Below are positions 34,789-48,000 of a stretch of 64,000 bases of DNA, piece after piece. Under the pieces are notes generated by a model. That model was not told where the DNA came from. It saw nothing but the letters and a program-made list of their open reading frames with translations, and ran no database searches. Both the position numbers and the translations under genes were made by a program. The stretch comes from Marsupella aquatica (Eukaryota; Plantae; Marchantiophyta). The stretch's first letter is position 1; each line of letters starts with the position of its first letter. The stretch lies in NCBI GenBank assembly GCA_973895155.1, contig OZ316891.1, forward strand, positions 32,437,208 through 32,501,207. Direction: 5' to 3'.

Positions 34789-36281
34789 CTAAAATTCAAT
34801 CAATAAGTCACTGATCTCTTTCTCGAGCTCAGGTGCTAGGTTTCTCCCTAAGTTCAGTTCTCTTCCCTCTCCTAAGTCGAGCTTCCGATATTGCCGTGCT
34901 TGGATCATATTAATCTGCTTCTTCAAATTCGGGTCCAGTTCGGCTTCCAGTCTCTCTAATCTCATACCTCCATAAACTGGGATCTCGGCTGGACTAGCCG
35001 AGTTGGTCCCTTCCTTGGTGTCCATAGATTGTCCCCTTACCGGTCTATTCGGTTTTGAATTAGTGGTCGGCTCCCCTTCCTGCCTTGGCTCTGGATCGTG
35101 TCTGTCCATCTCATCCACCTCTTGCTCCTGAGAGTTAGGCCGCTGTGCTCTCTCGGCTTCTAATAGGGCCTCAATTTGTTCTGCCCTCGTAATCGGCTTG
35201 TATGCCGATCCCTTGGTATTTAATTCCTTGCCAATGATCGATGGCGTTGTGGACCCCGTCGGCTCTGCCACAACGCCTGCAGAAAATCCACTGTCCCTGC
35301 TACTGCTCCCCACTTAGCCGTCTCATCCAATTGGTCTACATCCTTAACTTCCTCCGGAATTGCAGCTAAAAAGGTGGATTCTATTGTAAAGCAGTCCTCG
35401 ACCTCTTCGTCTTCTTCTTCCAAGTCACCTTCCATTGGTTCTTGCCATAATCCGCTGGGGGGTACCTCTGGTCCAAAGACACCTTCTTCGGTTAGGTTAG
35501 TGAAGCATTCTAACCAACGTACTTCATCGGCTGACTCCAGTCCACTATCGTACCCATCTACTTCCCTTATGCTTTTCCTACGGTCATCCTTAGTGTCCCA
35601 GGATACCGTGATAGAGGGGGTCCCGAAAGTGAACTGCTTTTTACCCCAATCTTCTATTACCTCGGCTAGGTACAGCCATGGCCTACCAATCAATAGCCGG
35701 AATGACGTAGGATTTACCGGCTTCATTACTACATAGTTAATGCTAAAGAAGATACCTCCTATTTCTGTCTTGATGCCGGTTAACACTCCCGTCGGAATGA
35801 CCTGATATCCATTGGCCATGTTCAACACTCTTCCAGTCATCTCCGGTGTTAGACCCCACCCTTTTGTTGTTGAATCAATCATAATACATACCCCTGATCC
35901 TCCATCGATGGGTACCCGTAGTAATAATTCTCCTTGAATCATTAATGGTAATGCTGGGGCTCCTTGATCTTCTTCTATCATTAGTACGTCGGATCTGGTT
36001 GCTACCTTGGGTAATCTCGGCTTGCCGAGAATAGCCTTCCTTAATTGCTTCTGGAAGTACGGGCTATTTTTCAATAGTTGACCTACTGTTGCCGAGACTC
36101 TAGATTCTAGTACATCTTTAGCCAGGTCATAGGGAACAATCGGCTTCTCTTCTGGTGGTGTTTCCGTCTTGGATTCGGCCAGTTTTGCCACGCTAGTCTC
36201 CACAGCTGTTGGGTCTTCCGAAGCAAACAATGCTTTTGCTCGTTTTACATCCTTGGCAATGGCTTCGGTATTCTCCAGGGT
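34789..36281 (-). pseudogene. Gypsy aspartic protease region with a frameshift near 35300
   Basis: VPIDGGSGVCIM and LLIGRPWL retropepsin motifs; same frame as gag after the stop at 36282. Confidence 0.85.
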
Positions 36282-38213
36282 TTATAATTCTCTTAGTTGT
36301 TCCTTAACACTAGCCGTAACAGAGGGGTAGAACAACTTAGGATGATCTCGATTGAAGTCGCTATCTTGTGAAGGATTGGTTTCACTGGTGGGCTCATGGC
36401 TTACCTGTATTGCCGGAGCCCTCCCTTCTCCTTCTGTTGATGTTGACGAAGAGTCGATTCTTTCCTCCGTAACCTTCCCTTTATTTTTGGCCAGCCCATC
36501 CCACCTTTCCTTCCTTCTGGTAGATCGAGTAGAGACCCGGTAGCAATCATGATCTAAATCCTCCTCTGAGAAGGTTGATAGGGCTTCGGCCTCATCATCA
36601 GATGGTACAAACTCTGCCTCCGCATCCTCTTGCCATCCTAGTTCGATGTGGTTGATTTGAACTCCTCCGGGGGTAGTACCTGGCGGTAAGATCTTGATCG
36701 GCAAAAGCTTATGATTTGCGGCCAGGCCTGCCAACCAAGTAGGACATTGCCCTAGCATATGACCTTCCTGTCGGCATCCCATACATAGCTGAGCTGGTTG
36801 TCCATCACCCTGTTTGCGTGCATTCGGGCATTCTCTAGCAAAATGGCCAGGTTGACCACAATTATAGCACGCCGCAAATCTTTGCACATTCGGCCTAGGA
36901 GGTACTGACGGGTTCTGAATAATCCGAGGATACATCTCTCCTGGATTGTTCCTTAACCCTGACCACAGAGATGCAGGTCTGTTGGATAGGTCTCGTGCTC
37001 CAGTCTCACTGATGCCGAAAACACTATCAGCGGCATCTCCCAAAAAGTACTCTACTTCTCCCTGACATGGTCTGATCTCGGCCACATGCCGAACATGATT
37101 AGTATTAAGCTTAGGACAAGCATCTTTATGGTGTCCGGTTTTATAACATAAGGCACACCATACAGAGCTATCCTCCTGTACTACCTTCTTCTTTGGTTTT
37201 ACCTCTGCAATGATAGCCTTAAGTTGCTCGGTAAGGGCTACGATGTTATCTGGTGGCTTAGCCTCCATCTTGACTTTCGTCTTCCCTCTCCTTCCGCCCT
37301 TCCTTTTCCTAGTTTTTTCTTCTTCAGAACTAGAAGATGACTCACTCTTGCTACTCCCACTATCCGAGCTTGACTTATCACTTCTAGACTTCTTGGAATG
37401 TTTCTTCTTCTTATCTTTTTTCTTATGGGGTGATCCCTCCTCTGATGAGGAACTCTCAGACTTAAGCTGTTTCTTCCGGCTTGTGATATCTGCATTAATG
37501 TATAATTGAATATCCTTAATTGCTTCGGCTAAAGTCTCCGGGTTCTCCTTCCTAATTGCAAAACTCATCTTCTGTGGCAAAGCATTCACCAACCATTGAA
37601 GTTGCATACCTTCAGATGCATTGGTCTTTGTACGTCTTACCAGTTTCTGAAAGCATTGCAAGAACTTCCTGAAGGATTTGTTCTCCTTGAACCGAAGTTG
37701 TCCCAACTTCAGCACTGCTAGTTCTGAAGTTCCAATGGGTCGAAACTCCTTAACAAAGAGTGTTTTGAAGATATCCCAGATGGCTTGATCTTCCACATCT
37801 AATGCTCTGTACCAAGGCCTAGCCTCACCCTTGAACAGGCCGGGAAGAATCTGCATCTTGATGGCCGATTCTCCATTTGCTGCAGCGGTTCCCTCGAAAT
37901 CATCCAACCATTCGTCCGGATCCTCATCTCCTCTCCCATGAAATGCCTTGTAATGTATGCGCGACCGCTGGCTCAATCTGGTCCCTGGCCTCTCGTCTGG
38001 CCGTGCCTCTGGTTCCCCCATGTCGGTTGGAGACTCACTTCTCCTTACCGACTCTTCTTCTGGTATGTCTTCTTCGACGCCACTTCCAGTTTCGGAGCTA
38101 CCAGCTCTTTCTGCCCCTCTCAGTTGCTGTGTATCATGCCACCCGGCGAGCTGCTGCAGTCGAGCTCTCTCCCGTTGAATCACTCTTTCTTCCCTCGGTG
38201 TAAGGTCAGTCAT
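36282..38213 (-). CDS. gag: Gypsy gag with three CCHC zinc knuckles
   Basis: FHGRGDEDPDEWL...ARPWY capsid-like region; CALCYKTGHHKDAC, CYNCGQPGHFAREC and CMGCRQEGHMLGQC. Confidence 0.9.
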   Translation of the reverse strand: MTDLTPREERVIQRERARLQQLAGWHDTQQLRGAERAGSSETGSGVEEDIPEEESVRRSESPTDMGEPEARPDERPGTRLSQRSRIHYKAFHGRGDEDPDEWLDDFEGTAAANGESAIKMQILPGLFKGEARPWYRALDVEDQAIWDIFKTLFVKEFRPIGTSELAVLKLGQLRFKENKSFRKFLQCFQKLVRRTKTNASEGMQLQWLVNALPQKMSFAIRKENPETLAEAIKDIQLYINADITSRKKQLKSESSSSEEGSPHKKKDKKKKHSKKSRSDKSSSDSGSSKSESSSSSEEEKTRKRKGGRRGKTKVKMEAKPPDNIVALTEQLKAIIAEVKPKKKVVQEDSSVWCALCYKTGHHKDACPKLNTNHVRHVAEIRPCQGEVEYFLGDAADSVFGISETGARDLSNRPASLWSGLRNNPGEMYPRIIQNPSVPPRPNVQRFAACYNCGQPGHFARECPNARKQGDGQPAQLCMGCRQEGHMLGQCPTWLAGLAANHKLLPIKILPPGTTPGGVQINHIELGWQEDAEAEFVPSDDEAEALSTFSEEDLDHDCYRVSTRSTRRKERWDGLAKNKGKVTEERIDSSSTSTEGEGRAPAIQVSHEPTSETNPSQDSDFNRDHPKLFYPSVTASVKEQLREL

Positions 38214-38260
38214 TACCTACGCTTCCGTTCTAACTTCATATCTCACGGCTTAAGAAATGC

Positions 38261-38278
38261 CCCCTCCATCTAGCGCCA
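38261..38278 (-). promoter_or_regulatory. Primer-binding site, probably tRNA-Asn
   Basis: TGGCGCTAGATGGAGGGG lies 4 nt inside the 5' LTR. It is complementary, with one mismatch, to my recollection of the plant tRNA-Asn 3' end (CCCCTCCTTCTAGCGCCA). Confidence 0.7.
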
Positions 38279-38282
38279 AAAA

Positions 38283-41200
38283 TGTGGTGCGTCCCATGGC
38301 TCCCTAAACCCAAGAAACCCCCCAGCTCAAGCCGATTCCCGCAGGTTTCGTGCTTGGCGAGGCCGTTTCCGCGGCTTAGCGGCATGGGACGCTGCTAACC
38401 TTCTACTACTACTATTAACATTTTACACACATATACTGGACAGATCCTTCATCGGGTCATGAGATACGTAGCCGGCCTAATATAGGCCTTCCCCTGTCTT
38501 CCCCTGTCTTCCCCTCCGTCTTGTTAGGTATGTTTGGATTCCGCCGCCGGAATGATCCCCAATAGGCTTGGTTAAGCCACTAAGACCTCTCTCAGCTCGA
38601 CACATCCAACTCTCACTCCCCTGCTTACTTTCCTTCCTTCTGTTGATGTGGGCACTCTTCACACAAGTTAATGCGACACACAAATAGCAAAATGACTCAT
38701 TCTGACTGAGTCATACCATGCACTTGCCATACAAACAGTACATCTCATACACAAGTTCTGCGAACTAAGCCGTGAGGCCAACTCTATTCAGCTCTTAGGC
38801 ATGAGGAAACATGAATATACACAAGGGTCACTGTATGACTAACCGAGAGCTTCTCGTACTACTTGATCCCAGCCCGGCTGGTGCAAACTAAAAACTTGCT
38901 AAAGAAGAGGCCCTGAGCTCCCCGCTGCCCAGGTACTTATCCTGGTAGTGGATCCGCCATTCTTTGCATCGTAAGCCTAATCTACTTAACAGTAATCTAC
39001 TTGCCCGAATCTACCTATGTACAGCAAGGCAGGAGCACAAGTGTTGCTCCTACCAGTGGGACCGCAATCCCACTAAGCTAAGTGTCAGGGCCGCTCCTGG
39101 TTCTGATCCTAATCCTAAACGTGGAGATCCGTGCCCGCCCTGCCCACTCACGCCTCCTCCCTCCACGTCCGCCCTCCCTAAAAGGAACGGCGCCCTTGCA
39201 TCGTCACGACACCGGTGGTGGATCCTCAATGGACGCCCCCAACACTTCCTCCTCAGCCACTGCCGTTGGCCCGCCTACTGACAGATTACCTGCCTTTGAC
39301 CGAGTCAACTCTCCATCGGCCTGACTGGGTCCACCTTCGGCTTCAGCCTCGACAACTCCCACGGCTTCGGCTTCAGCCACCCCCACGGCTTCGGCCTCAG
39401 CCACCCCCACGGCTTCGGCCTCCCCTTCCCCTAGGGTAGTTGGATCCTTAGCCGTGACCCTGTCTGGGGTCGGTGCTGGGTCTACCTCCTTGATCACCAC
39501 GGCCTGTGAAGTCGTATTACTCCTTGACCCTGAAGGTTTCCGCTTCTTCTTCGTTGGTGGCTCGGTAGCTGGTCCCTTCCCCTTCCCATTTACTTCCGGC
39601 ACTGGTGCAGGTGGCGCGGCTTGTCCTTCGGCAATTACCACCCCTGGTAACTGGTTCGCCCCAACGGGAGATGGACCTGCTGCAGCTAAGCATTTAAATA
39701 CTGCGGCTTGTTTCTTCAGCCGCTCTGTTTGGTTGTCGGCCCGCCGCTGTAGGTTCTCCATCTTCCTCGTGATTTCCTCCAACTCCTCTTGGGTTTCATC
39801 CAGGTCCTTACGTGCCTCCTCCAGCTTGTTTTTAGCCTCCTCCTGCTCCCTGTGGGCTTTCTCCAATTCCTTCTTCAAGGTAGCCCTCTCCTCCCCGGTT
39901 GATCTTAGCTCCTTGTCGAGCTCTGCAATGATGACAGACTCCATCTGGTTCATCTTGGCATAAGTCTGATCGAGCATATCGTCCTTCTCCGTTAGGTTGG
40001 CTTTGAAGGTGGCCGTTAGGGACGCAAGCTCCTGCTGCAGCGCAATAATCCCTTGATAGGATTTCCCTAACTCGGCCTCCTTCTGCTCAAGGGCTCCGCG
40101 GCTTTTCTGGAGCTCCCCTTTCAACGCCCGTTCCTTTCTTTGGGTCTCCGCCATGGCCCGATTGTTAGCTGTTATGTGGGCCTCCTCTGCATTCCTCAGC
40201 TCTTGCTTCCACTTCTCCCTCTCTTTGATCGCATCGGCCAACTCTCCTTGGGTCCGCGTCAGTAGATTCTCGATCATCCGGTTTTCAGATTGTGCGGTAT
40301 CCAACTGGCCCTGCATGATATTTAGCTCATGCCGCTTAATCCGCAGCTCATCTTGGGCTTTCTTGGCCGCCCTCAGGTCCTTGATTTCGGCTTCCCTTTC
40401 CCTAAGCCGACGGATGACCTCGTCCTTCTTGCTTCTTTCCAAGGCCACCGCTTCTTCCAATTGGCGCTTCTCCAACTGCTCCCTATGGAAAAAGGGTCCT
40501 ACCTCCAATTCCTCCCCAAAGATGCCGAGCGCAAGTTCCCCACACATCTCACCATACTCCCTGGCTCTATTCTTAGCGTAGGTGGAGTAAGTAGAAGTGA
40601 TCGGCATCGCCCATCGCGGCCTCTGCTCCCAAGCCGTCTTGCGGGTCTCTTCAATCGTGGCTAGAGGTTTGCTTCCTTTTTCGGCTAGCCGCCTCATGTC
40701 CTCCGGCCAATCTCCTCCTGGTAAATGCTTTTCCCTAGCCAGGGCTGCTTCCTCTTCCTGCCTGATTCGCTCCTGAAATTCCAGCGCCGTCTGTTTTATG
40801 CCGTCAAAGCTCGGGGGAGCAACATCTGGTGGAGGAGACTCAGGGCTACTCTGCTGGTTGGGGTCTTCTCGTACTACCCTTGGAAGTGTGGGGATAAACC
40901 GGCCACAGGTCCTTACTCCTGGAACGTGATGGTCCGACCCATAGCCGGAGTTATCATGGCCGCAGTCCTCCACTGCCTCCTCTACTTCTTCTACTTCCGG
41001 CTTCTCCCTCTCTTCTTCGTTGGTAGGAGCTTCCGGCAATTTTGCCTCAGATTCAGAGCTTGAGACTCCGGTAGAGGGGTCTTCCCTTCTAAGTCTGCTT
41101 AAGTTGACCTCTGGGGCAGTGTCCTGCATTGTTGCCGCTGCCGTTGTCATTGCCGATGCCGATCTCTTTTCTTTCTCCAGCAGCTTCAGCAGACTCTGCA

Positions 41201-42617
41201 TGCCTGGTTGCTACATCGGCAAGTCTTCCTTCCTTGGCTTAAACACCTGCTCAATTGTAGGGCTAACAGGTGGTTGAGGCTTTTCTGCTACCGGCCTCGG
41301 TGCTAGAGCTTCCTCGGGTGTCCTTACCTTCAGGGGAAGTACTGGGGCAAAGGTCTGACCTCTGGCATACCGGCACAACAACGGCATGTGATAGCCAAGC
41401 CGCGACACGCTCCCCATGCCGATTACCTGTTGCTCCTCCTTTAATATCTTCTTCAATTGGTTGAGGAGGTAGCCGTTGTAGTCCCGGCTTGGGTCTGGCC
41501 TTTCTGCCAGATAGACTTGTGCCTTGCCGATCTCCGCTCTCGGCAAGTTACAATGCATGGTTACCCGCAAGAAGTCGATCATCTCTCCTATGTGCGGGTT
41601 GGTGCATGTGTTTCGGAAGAAGCCATTCTTCGTTGATGGTCCGGGAAACGACCGGAACTCCTTGTCAGGCAAGGTTTTCCTGGTATCAACCTTGGTCTTA
41701 TTGCCTATCGATAAGCCAAACACTTCGGCAATTACCTTGGGAGTAAGATAGAAATCCTTCCCATATATTCTCGTGCAATTGGTCTCGGGTTCCCATGACC
41801 CCATGAATTCTAATAGGTCTGAATCCGGCACCTCCGGCTTCAGCCATGGTAATCTTACAAAGGCTTCCAAGCCGGATCCGGCCATGAAGCCTTGGTACTT
41901 CTTGGTCTGCATGGCCGTAAAGCATGCATCCTCCTCCTGTGCAAAATGTAGTTGCACCTCCATTGGTAGAGTTGCCGCCCAGCCCTTCCAGGTGTCATCC
42001 CTGGTTGGAATGGCGTTGATGGGGTCGCTTTCCTCCTCCTCGGCTTCGCTCTGCCTCCTGCTCTGCTGTTCGGCTGGTTTCTTTGGTGCCGCCGACCTCG
42101 TTCTTTTTGCCGGGGTGGCTTCATCGTTGACGACTCCCTTGCTCTTCATCTCAGCTACAGTGGAGGTTTCTCCTAGCACTATTGCTTGGGTCCACCTTTC
42201 TGTGCTACCCTTTAATTCCCAGTGTATGTCGTTGCAATTCTTGATGGCCTCTCGGATGCCGATGATGCTGTCTTTGCAAAACAGAAGATCGTCAAGCTGA
42301 TTGGAAGTAGGAGTCCACAAGAACTCGGCCTTGATGAGTTCGCCTCCTAAGAAAGCCGTTTTCTGCAGCTCCCACAATCTAGCGAGCTCCTGTCGTTCTC
42401 GAGCTGCTCTTTCTGATTCTTCATCCTCGTAAGTCTTGATGTACTCAGTTGCCCGTTCGAACAAGCATCCCCAGAAATGTGCCGCTTGATTGACGTTGCT
42501 CATACCCTCCTTAGGTCGATCATTGGTATAGGGTTTTGTCCCTATACTAAGGTGTTTCCAGGGTGCATCCTGCTTTACCCCCTTAACTGGCCGAGTGATT
42601 CCTGGCTAGGCATCACA
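38283..42617 (-). repeat. LTR A (5' LTR, about 4.33 kb, ~270-bp internal deletion near 42530)
   Basis: Same termini as the other LTR A copies; next to the PBS; identity to the other copies ends exactly at ...AGGCATCACA. Confidence 0.85.
39204..42503 (-). pseudogene. LTR-encoded accessory ORF with a premature stop at 41211
   Basis: ORFs 41211-42503 and 39204-41201 are in the same frame; CAG>TAG change. Confidence 0.85.
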
Positions 42618-42772
42618 GGTAATAAGACCAAGGTTGATACCAGGAAGACCTTACTTGACAAGGAGTTCCGGTCGTTCCCAAGACCATCAACAAAGAATGG
42701 CTTCTTTCGGAACACCTTCACCAACTCGCACATTGGAGAGATGATCAATTTCTTGCGGGTGACCATGAACTG
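42618..42772 (+). repeat. Short opposite-orientation fragment of the LTR A accessory ORF
   Basis: Encodes GNKTKVDTRKTLLDKEFRSF...FLRVTM, matching the LTR ORF. Confidence 0.85.
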
Positions 42773-43419
42773 TACTTGGCGCTATGATGTTTCATGGTTG
42801 TTTTTCATTACGGTATTCAGTTTTGGGTAGCGCCTGGCGCTATGATGTTTTCACGTATGAGTTGATCGCTATGTTTGGGACCCTGGATGATTGAAAGTGA
42901 ACATTGCATTGGATTTAGAGAGTTTTTACCCATTGACTAGCCGGGTTATTAATGGAATATTCTCTTTGCACATGAAATTTTGGGATATATTGTTGACGTT
43001 TTGGTTGAAATATTTTCCTGTTTCCTTTTTGCTGTTTCCTATTTGGATTTTTCTGTTTCCTAGCACGGTGGTGATACCCAAAAAATAAGGACGGAGTTCC
43101 GATTTGGTTGAGGATATGTTTGAGTGGTTGTCTGCACTCTGTTAATTCTTCTTGTAATTATTGTCGTGATGCCCAAAACAAATATCATTGATTGGCATAT
43201 TTGTGTTGTCGAATTTGGAACGAAGATCCTTGGGTTAACTTATCGCGTTGAATCTTCTTGATTAGTGTTTAGGTGAACGTTCTTGGGTCAAAAATTTTGT
43301 GAATATATTTTTCTTTTGATCAAAGAAATAAAATCAGTTTTTCCATCACTATTTTGTAGGTTGCTGAGAAAGACCTCACCATCTCATTTATTACTCCAGG
43401 TATCCACTCTTATTTTGGA

Positions 43420-43959
43420 ATGGCCGTCATTGAGAACCCTGTCTTTACAAGGTTAGCGATGTCATTCGACAAAGAGAAGAAACAAATTCAGCAGAAAAGT
43501 GGCCAAAAGGAATCCGGATTGCTTTTGGATGGACTTCCTGATGAGATTGTTGAAATGTTCATTTGGCCCATTTTGAAAGTTTGTTGTATAGAGGATGCAT
43601 TTGATTCCTCCAAGAACCAAGCTGATGAAAGATTGATGCAATTAAAAATAATGGTGTGGCTTGGATGCACCTCCAAGAAATGGAACCAGCTCGTAATTTG
43701 TACACGAGTCTTGGGTATTCTTAGACTAGCAAGAAGCCAGTTTGAGGAAGTAAATAAAATGCTGACAAGCATTCTCGATGGAAAACCCCTTCAGAATGTT
43801 CATATTGAAGCTTTTGTTAGGATGGAAACACCGAATCTTCCTCCAATCGATAATATAGGTTTATTTTCAAGGTCTGACCTAAATCGATTTCAAGAAGACT
43901 GGCACAATCTTGAGAAAGATGAGCAAGCAAGGCTCTTGGAAATGTATGGGGAAGCTTAG
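43420..43959 (+). CDS. F-box-like protein (179 aa)
   Basis: LLDGLPDEIVEMFIWPIL...LGCTSKKWNQLV resembles the F-box consensus LPxE...CVSKxW, with an insertion. Confidence 0.5.
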   Translation: MAVIENPVFTRLAMSFDKEKKQIQQKSGQKESGLLLDGLPDEIVEMFIWPILKVCCIEDAFDSSKNQADERLMQLKIMVWLGCTSKKWNQLVICTRVLGILRLARSQFEEVNKMLTSILDGKPLQNVHIEAFVRMETPNLPPIDNIGLFSRSDLNRFQEDWHNLEKDEQARLLEMYGEA

Positions 43960-44486
43960 AGTCCGGTTTAGAGTCCTTCCATTCATGTTTTGGACTGCTC
44001 ATCTTGAATGGGCTCTTTGTTAGAATGGACTCTTTTTAAGAATATCAACTTAGTTTCGAATGAATAAAGAGTTTTGTGATTCGACCCTTGCATCAACCAC
44101 ATTTGCCACGCGTAAAATCTATTTGGTTTAATACAAGGACGTGGGGATATGCCTTATCTACATCTAGTCAGAAACAAAGTCCTATCAAGCGAAAAAAGTA
44201 TAAATAGACCTCCGGACTCCAACCCTCCGCTTTTGGATACACCTTATCGCCTGTGGATACGAAGGTGATAAAGTATAAATAGGAGAGCCTGATCAGAAAG
44301 TTTACGCTCATTTCTTATCCTTCTCAACTTCACTTGCCTCCATGTTTTTCTTGGGCTGCAACATCTTTATAGCTTTTTGTATTTGCTCCAATCAAAATAA
44401 AAAAGCAAGTAAAAACTCAAGAAACTCTCCCCTCCTTGTCGCACTTCATTGTTGAATCCTGAGTGCAAAGAACATAACATTTCAAG

Positions 44487-45031
44487 GTTGAATACGAGAT
44501 GGGATACCGCGTATCCCATCTCGCATCCAACACCCTCTTTTTTAGTATTCCATCGGAACCTCCTAGCTGTTTGTTGACTCTAAATACAAAATGGGATACC
44601 ACGTATCCCATTTCGGATTCAACTTTGTCTTTCAGTGCAGATTACTAGAAATTCCTGATGTTTAGGGTTTAGGGTCATTGGGGAGGATCGTTGCAAGAAG
44701 AGCCGCATTGGATGATGTTGGATACGAACCGGGATACCCCGTATCCCATTTTGCATTCAACTCCCTATTTTTCATTCTTTGAATCAGACTCCAAGCAACT
44801 GTTGATGTTGGATGCGAAGTGGGATACCGCGTATCCCATTTCGCATTCAACTCCCTATTTTTTGTTCTTTGCAACAAACTCTAGGCAATTGTTGATGTTG
44901 GATGCAAAGTGGGATACCGCGTATCCCATTTTGCATTCATTTCCCTATTTTATGTTCTTTGCATCAGACTCTAGGCAATTGTTGATGTTGGATGCAAAGC
45001 GGGATACCGCGTATCCGATCTCGCATTCAAC
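44487..45031. repeat. Array of six ~45-bp palindromes (core GGGATAC-N3-GTATCCC), the last four in a 90-bp tandem repeat
   Basis: Cores at 44501, 44593, 44731, 44821, 44911 and 45001; for example GTTGAATACGAGATGGGATAC-CGC-GTATCCCATCTCGCATCCAAC. Confidence 0.92.
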
Positions 45032-45084
45032 TACTTTTGAATGTTTACGCTCTTGTTCTTAGTGTGTCAATCTTTTACAGGAAC

Positions 45085-48000
45085 ATGTCAAACAAATCAA
45101 AGTCGTCTGGTTTGACCGAGTCCTCACGGACATCCATCATCGATGAGATTTGGAAGAAGGACCTTTACACCGAGGAGAAACTTGTGAGAAATAGGTGGTA
45201 CTTCAAGGATGCCCGAGCGATGGATATTCACAGAGCCTATAAAGGTCCAGCTATGTGGTTGGTTATAGTTAAGGGAAAAGACCATTGCCATTATGGATTA
45301 GTCGTGGACAGTGCGGAGGCAGATATCACCAACGCAAAAACAAAACAGCTGAAGAAGATTCCAATGTACCTTTGCATTCTTCCGAACAATGTCTTCATTG
45401 TAGTTGTCCTCAACTACGAGAAACTTGATCGGGTCTCGATGAACACATTTCCTGATGACCCGATCTACAAGCTAATTTTGCAAGTTCCGAAGATTGAGGA
45501 CTTTTCTTATTGGTGTTTGAAATTTGTCTTCAAGTCTTGGAGGGTTGTTGAGGATTTCACCAATGTTGCATATTGGTCCGTCGTTGGAGCTGACTTTGGC
45601 GTCAAAGAGCGTCCTCTGAAGTTGAAAGTGACAAAGCCTATCGATCTGGCTTCGAAGTCAGGGGAGATGTCTGGAACACCCTCGACAAAGGAGAAATCTG
45701 CCACAGTTTCTTTTAAGGAACCGGCAAAGAGGAAGCTTGCATATCAACTCTCCGGGGAAGGTTCTAAAGCAGCGGTGTCAGGAGAAGTTGCTGGCAAGAA
45801 GAAACTGGATCGATGTGACATCCAGAAGCGCGCACCATCTGCACTTGGAAGTGTTGTCTCATCTTTGGTCTTATCAATTTTACAGACACAGTCTCAGATT
45901 CCTTCAACTTTGTCAGGTGGGCCTTCTCTATCATCTAGGGGTGCGGTGAAAGAAAAGAAAAAAGATTCAACAGATACCACCACAGCTTTGCAGCGGGAAG
46001 AGACACTTGTGGTTTGTGAAGAAGTGTCTCGGTTGATGGAGATCAAGAGAGTTCAGAAGACAACAGTTATTCTGAAAATGACTAACCTACTTCTTGTTGA
46101 CAATATTGACGATGAGAACTCAACATTGGTTTGAATAGTCGATCGGTTGCATGTGGAGAACATCAAGACTTTGATGAAAATGAATCCAACAAATTTCACC
46201 ACGCCATTTGTCTAATTTGTGATCCCCGAAGACTGCCCGACAGTGACAGACTGGGACCCAGAAAAGGCAAGGAGCTGGAGATATCGAGTGATTGGAGGTA
46301 ATCACGGTGCTTGGGCTAAGAGAGAATTGTATCAGGCTTATGGGAGAGAGATCTTCAATGAACTCCAAGCTTGGGTGTATGCTGGTCTCACAAGGGAGGA
46401 CATTCAGAAATTTAGCATCCAACATAATATTGATCAGGAGTACAGGAAAAAAATAAACAACATTGATCAAATCCAAACAATGCATAAGATTTTCCTTGCC
46501 AGAGGTATGGCAAAAACCAAGGAGACTAGAGAAGCGTGTGCCATGGAGGTTTGCCACGACGGGTTTTTTCCAGGGGATGCCACAAGCCTGAAAAAGCATG
46601 AACCTCTCTTCCAAATTGCGTTTAGGTCGGGTAAGGTCTGGGAACTCCAAGACCAGATCTTTGAGATGTGGAACAAGTTGGAGATCAAAGGGCAAAATAA
46701 GCAGAAGTCACCAATCAAGAAACTGAAGAAAAAAGGAAAAGCACAGTCAATTCCAAAAGCTTTGAATAAGCTTGTAGGGGGCCTTACCCTGACACCTTGG
46801 AGAGCAATCCAGGGAATTGAACACGACCAATTTTTGGAGTCCCTTCTTCTCCGAGTGAAGGACCGGATGATCTCTTTGGAGCAGATGGCAAAAGAAGCCG
46901 AGAGTTACAAGAAACTTGTGAAAATCAGCAAGCTTTTTGTTCAGTTGTCAGGGCAGCCAGACTGGGCGACTTGCAAACAAATGTTTCCGAAAGAAATAGA
47001 ATCTGCCAAGCTCGAAAGATGGAGTGGAAAGTTGTCCGATGTGGTATGTTCTCCCCTTCCATTGATTGGACTTTTCTATTTGTTTCTCATATGGTCGACT
47101 AATCTTATATGGTTTTAAGAATTTGGGTGGTTTCCTTCCTGGAATTCTTGTTTGAATGCGTACTAGTTGGATACGGGGTATCCCATCTCGGATTCACTTG
47201 TGGTTATTTGACGTTGGTGATGTTTCAATTTGGTTTTTGCTTGGTGGAATGCAAAGTGGGATACGGGGTATCCCATCTTGGATTCACTTGTGGTTTTTTT
47301 ACTTTGGTGATGTTTCAATGTGCTTTTTGCTTGGTGGAATGCGAAGTGGGATACGGGGTATCCCATCTCGGATTCACTTGTGGTTATTTGACGTTGGTGA
47401 TGTTTCAATGGGGTTTTTGCTTGGTTGAATGCAAAGTGGGATACGGGGTATCCCATGTTGCATTCGTTGTCCAGATTTGATTGTTTGAATACCTAAATGG
47501 TTGTCTCCCCATTGTCTTTTCTTTGGATTCTTTTAACAAGTTTGCGTTTGCAGTTGAAAGCTTTTTCAAAGAAGAAGAACAAGGATGCAATTGGTGCCAA
47601 TTTGGTTGAGAAGCCTTCAGAGGAGCTGACTTCAAGTGTTATTCCCCCGGGGTTTAAGAATTATGTTCAAGAAGCGATTGAGAACTACAACCATCGTCGT
47701 GGGATTGAAACGGTTGAAGCAGAGTCGAGTGACCATCGATGGAAAAATGCTGATGGAAATTTCATCAGATATACATTGCATTGTGGAGATGTCAGGGCGC
47801 TGGATAAGTTTGAAGAGAAAAGGAATTACACACTTGCAATTGCAGACATTCCTTATGGATTCAATGCGCCTGGCTCTGAAAATGATGAGGTCTCATTTTC
47901 AGAGAGTGACATTGTGGTTGTGGTGAAGTGTTTTGCCAAGGTGACAAGTTCAAAGATGTGGAGGTTTGTTGTGATTCACTCTTTGCAGCAAACTTGGTCT

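Larger units (their letters stand above)
27423..42617 (-). mobile_element. Ty3/Gypsy family A, structurally complete (5' LTR-PBS-gag-PR-RT-RH-INT-PPT-3' LTR), about 15.2 kb
   Basis: Two 4.3-4.6 kb LTRs, PBS, PPT, gag and pol are all present. The flanks GGCCT and GGTAA do not form a TSD. Confidence 0.9.

Noticed and set aside
38271-38278. TAGCGCCA as another family M palindrome
   Set aside because: It is only a half site and is explained as the retrotransposon PBS.
4034-42300. Many short + strand ORFs overlapping family A genes
   Set aside because: They are antisense shadows of the minus-strand coding regions.
44691-47480. Repeat-peptide ORFs (MLDAKWDTAYPI; VGYGVSHLGF)
   Set aside because: They are translations of the 90-bp palindrome arrays in non-coding or intronic DNA.
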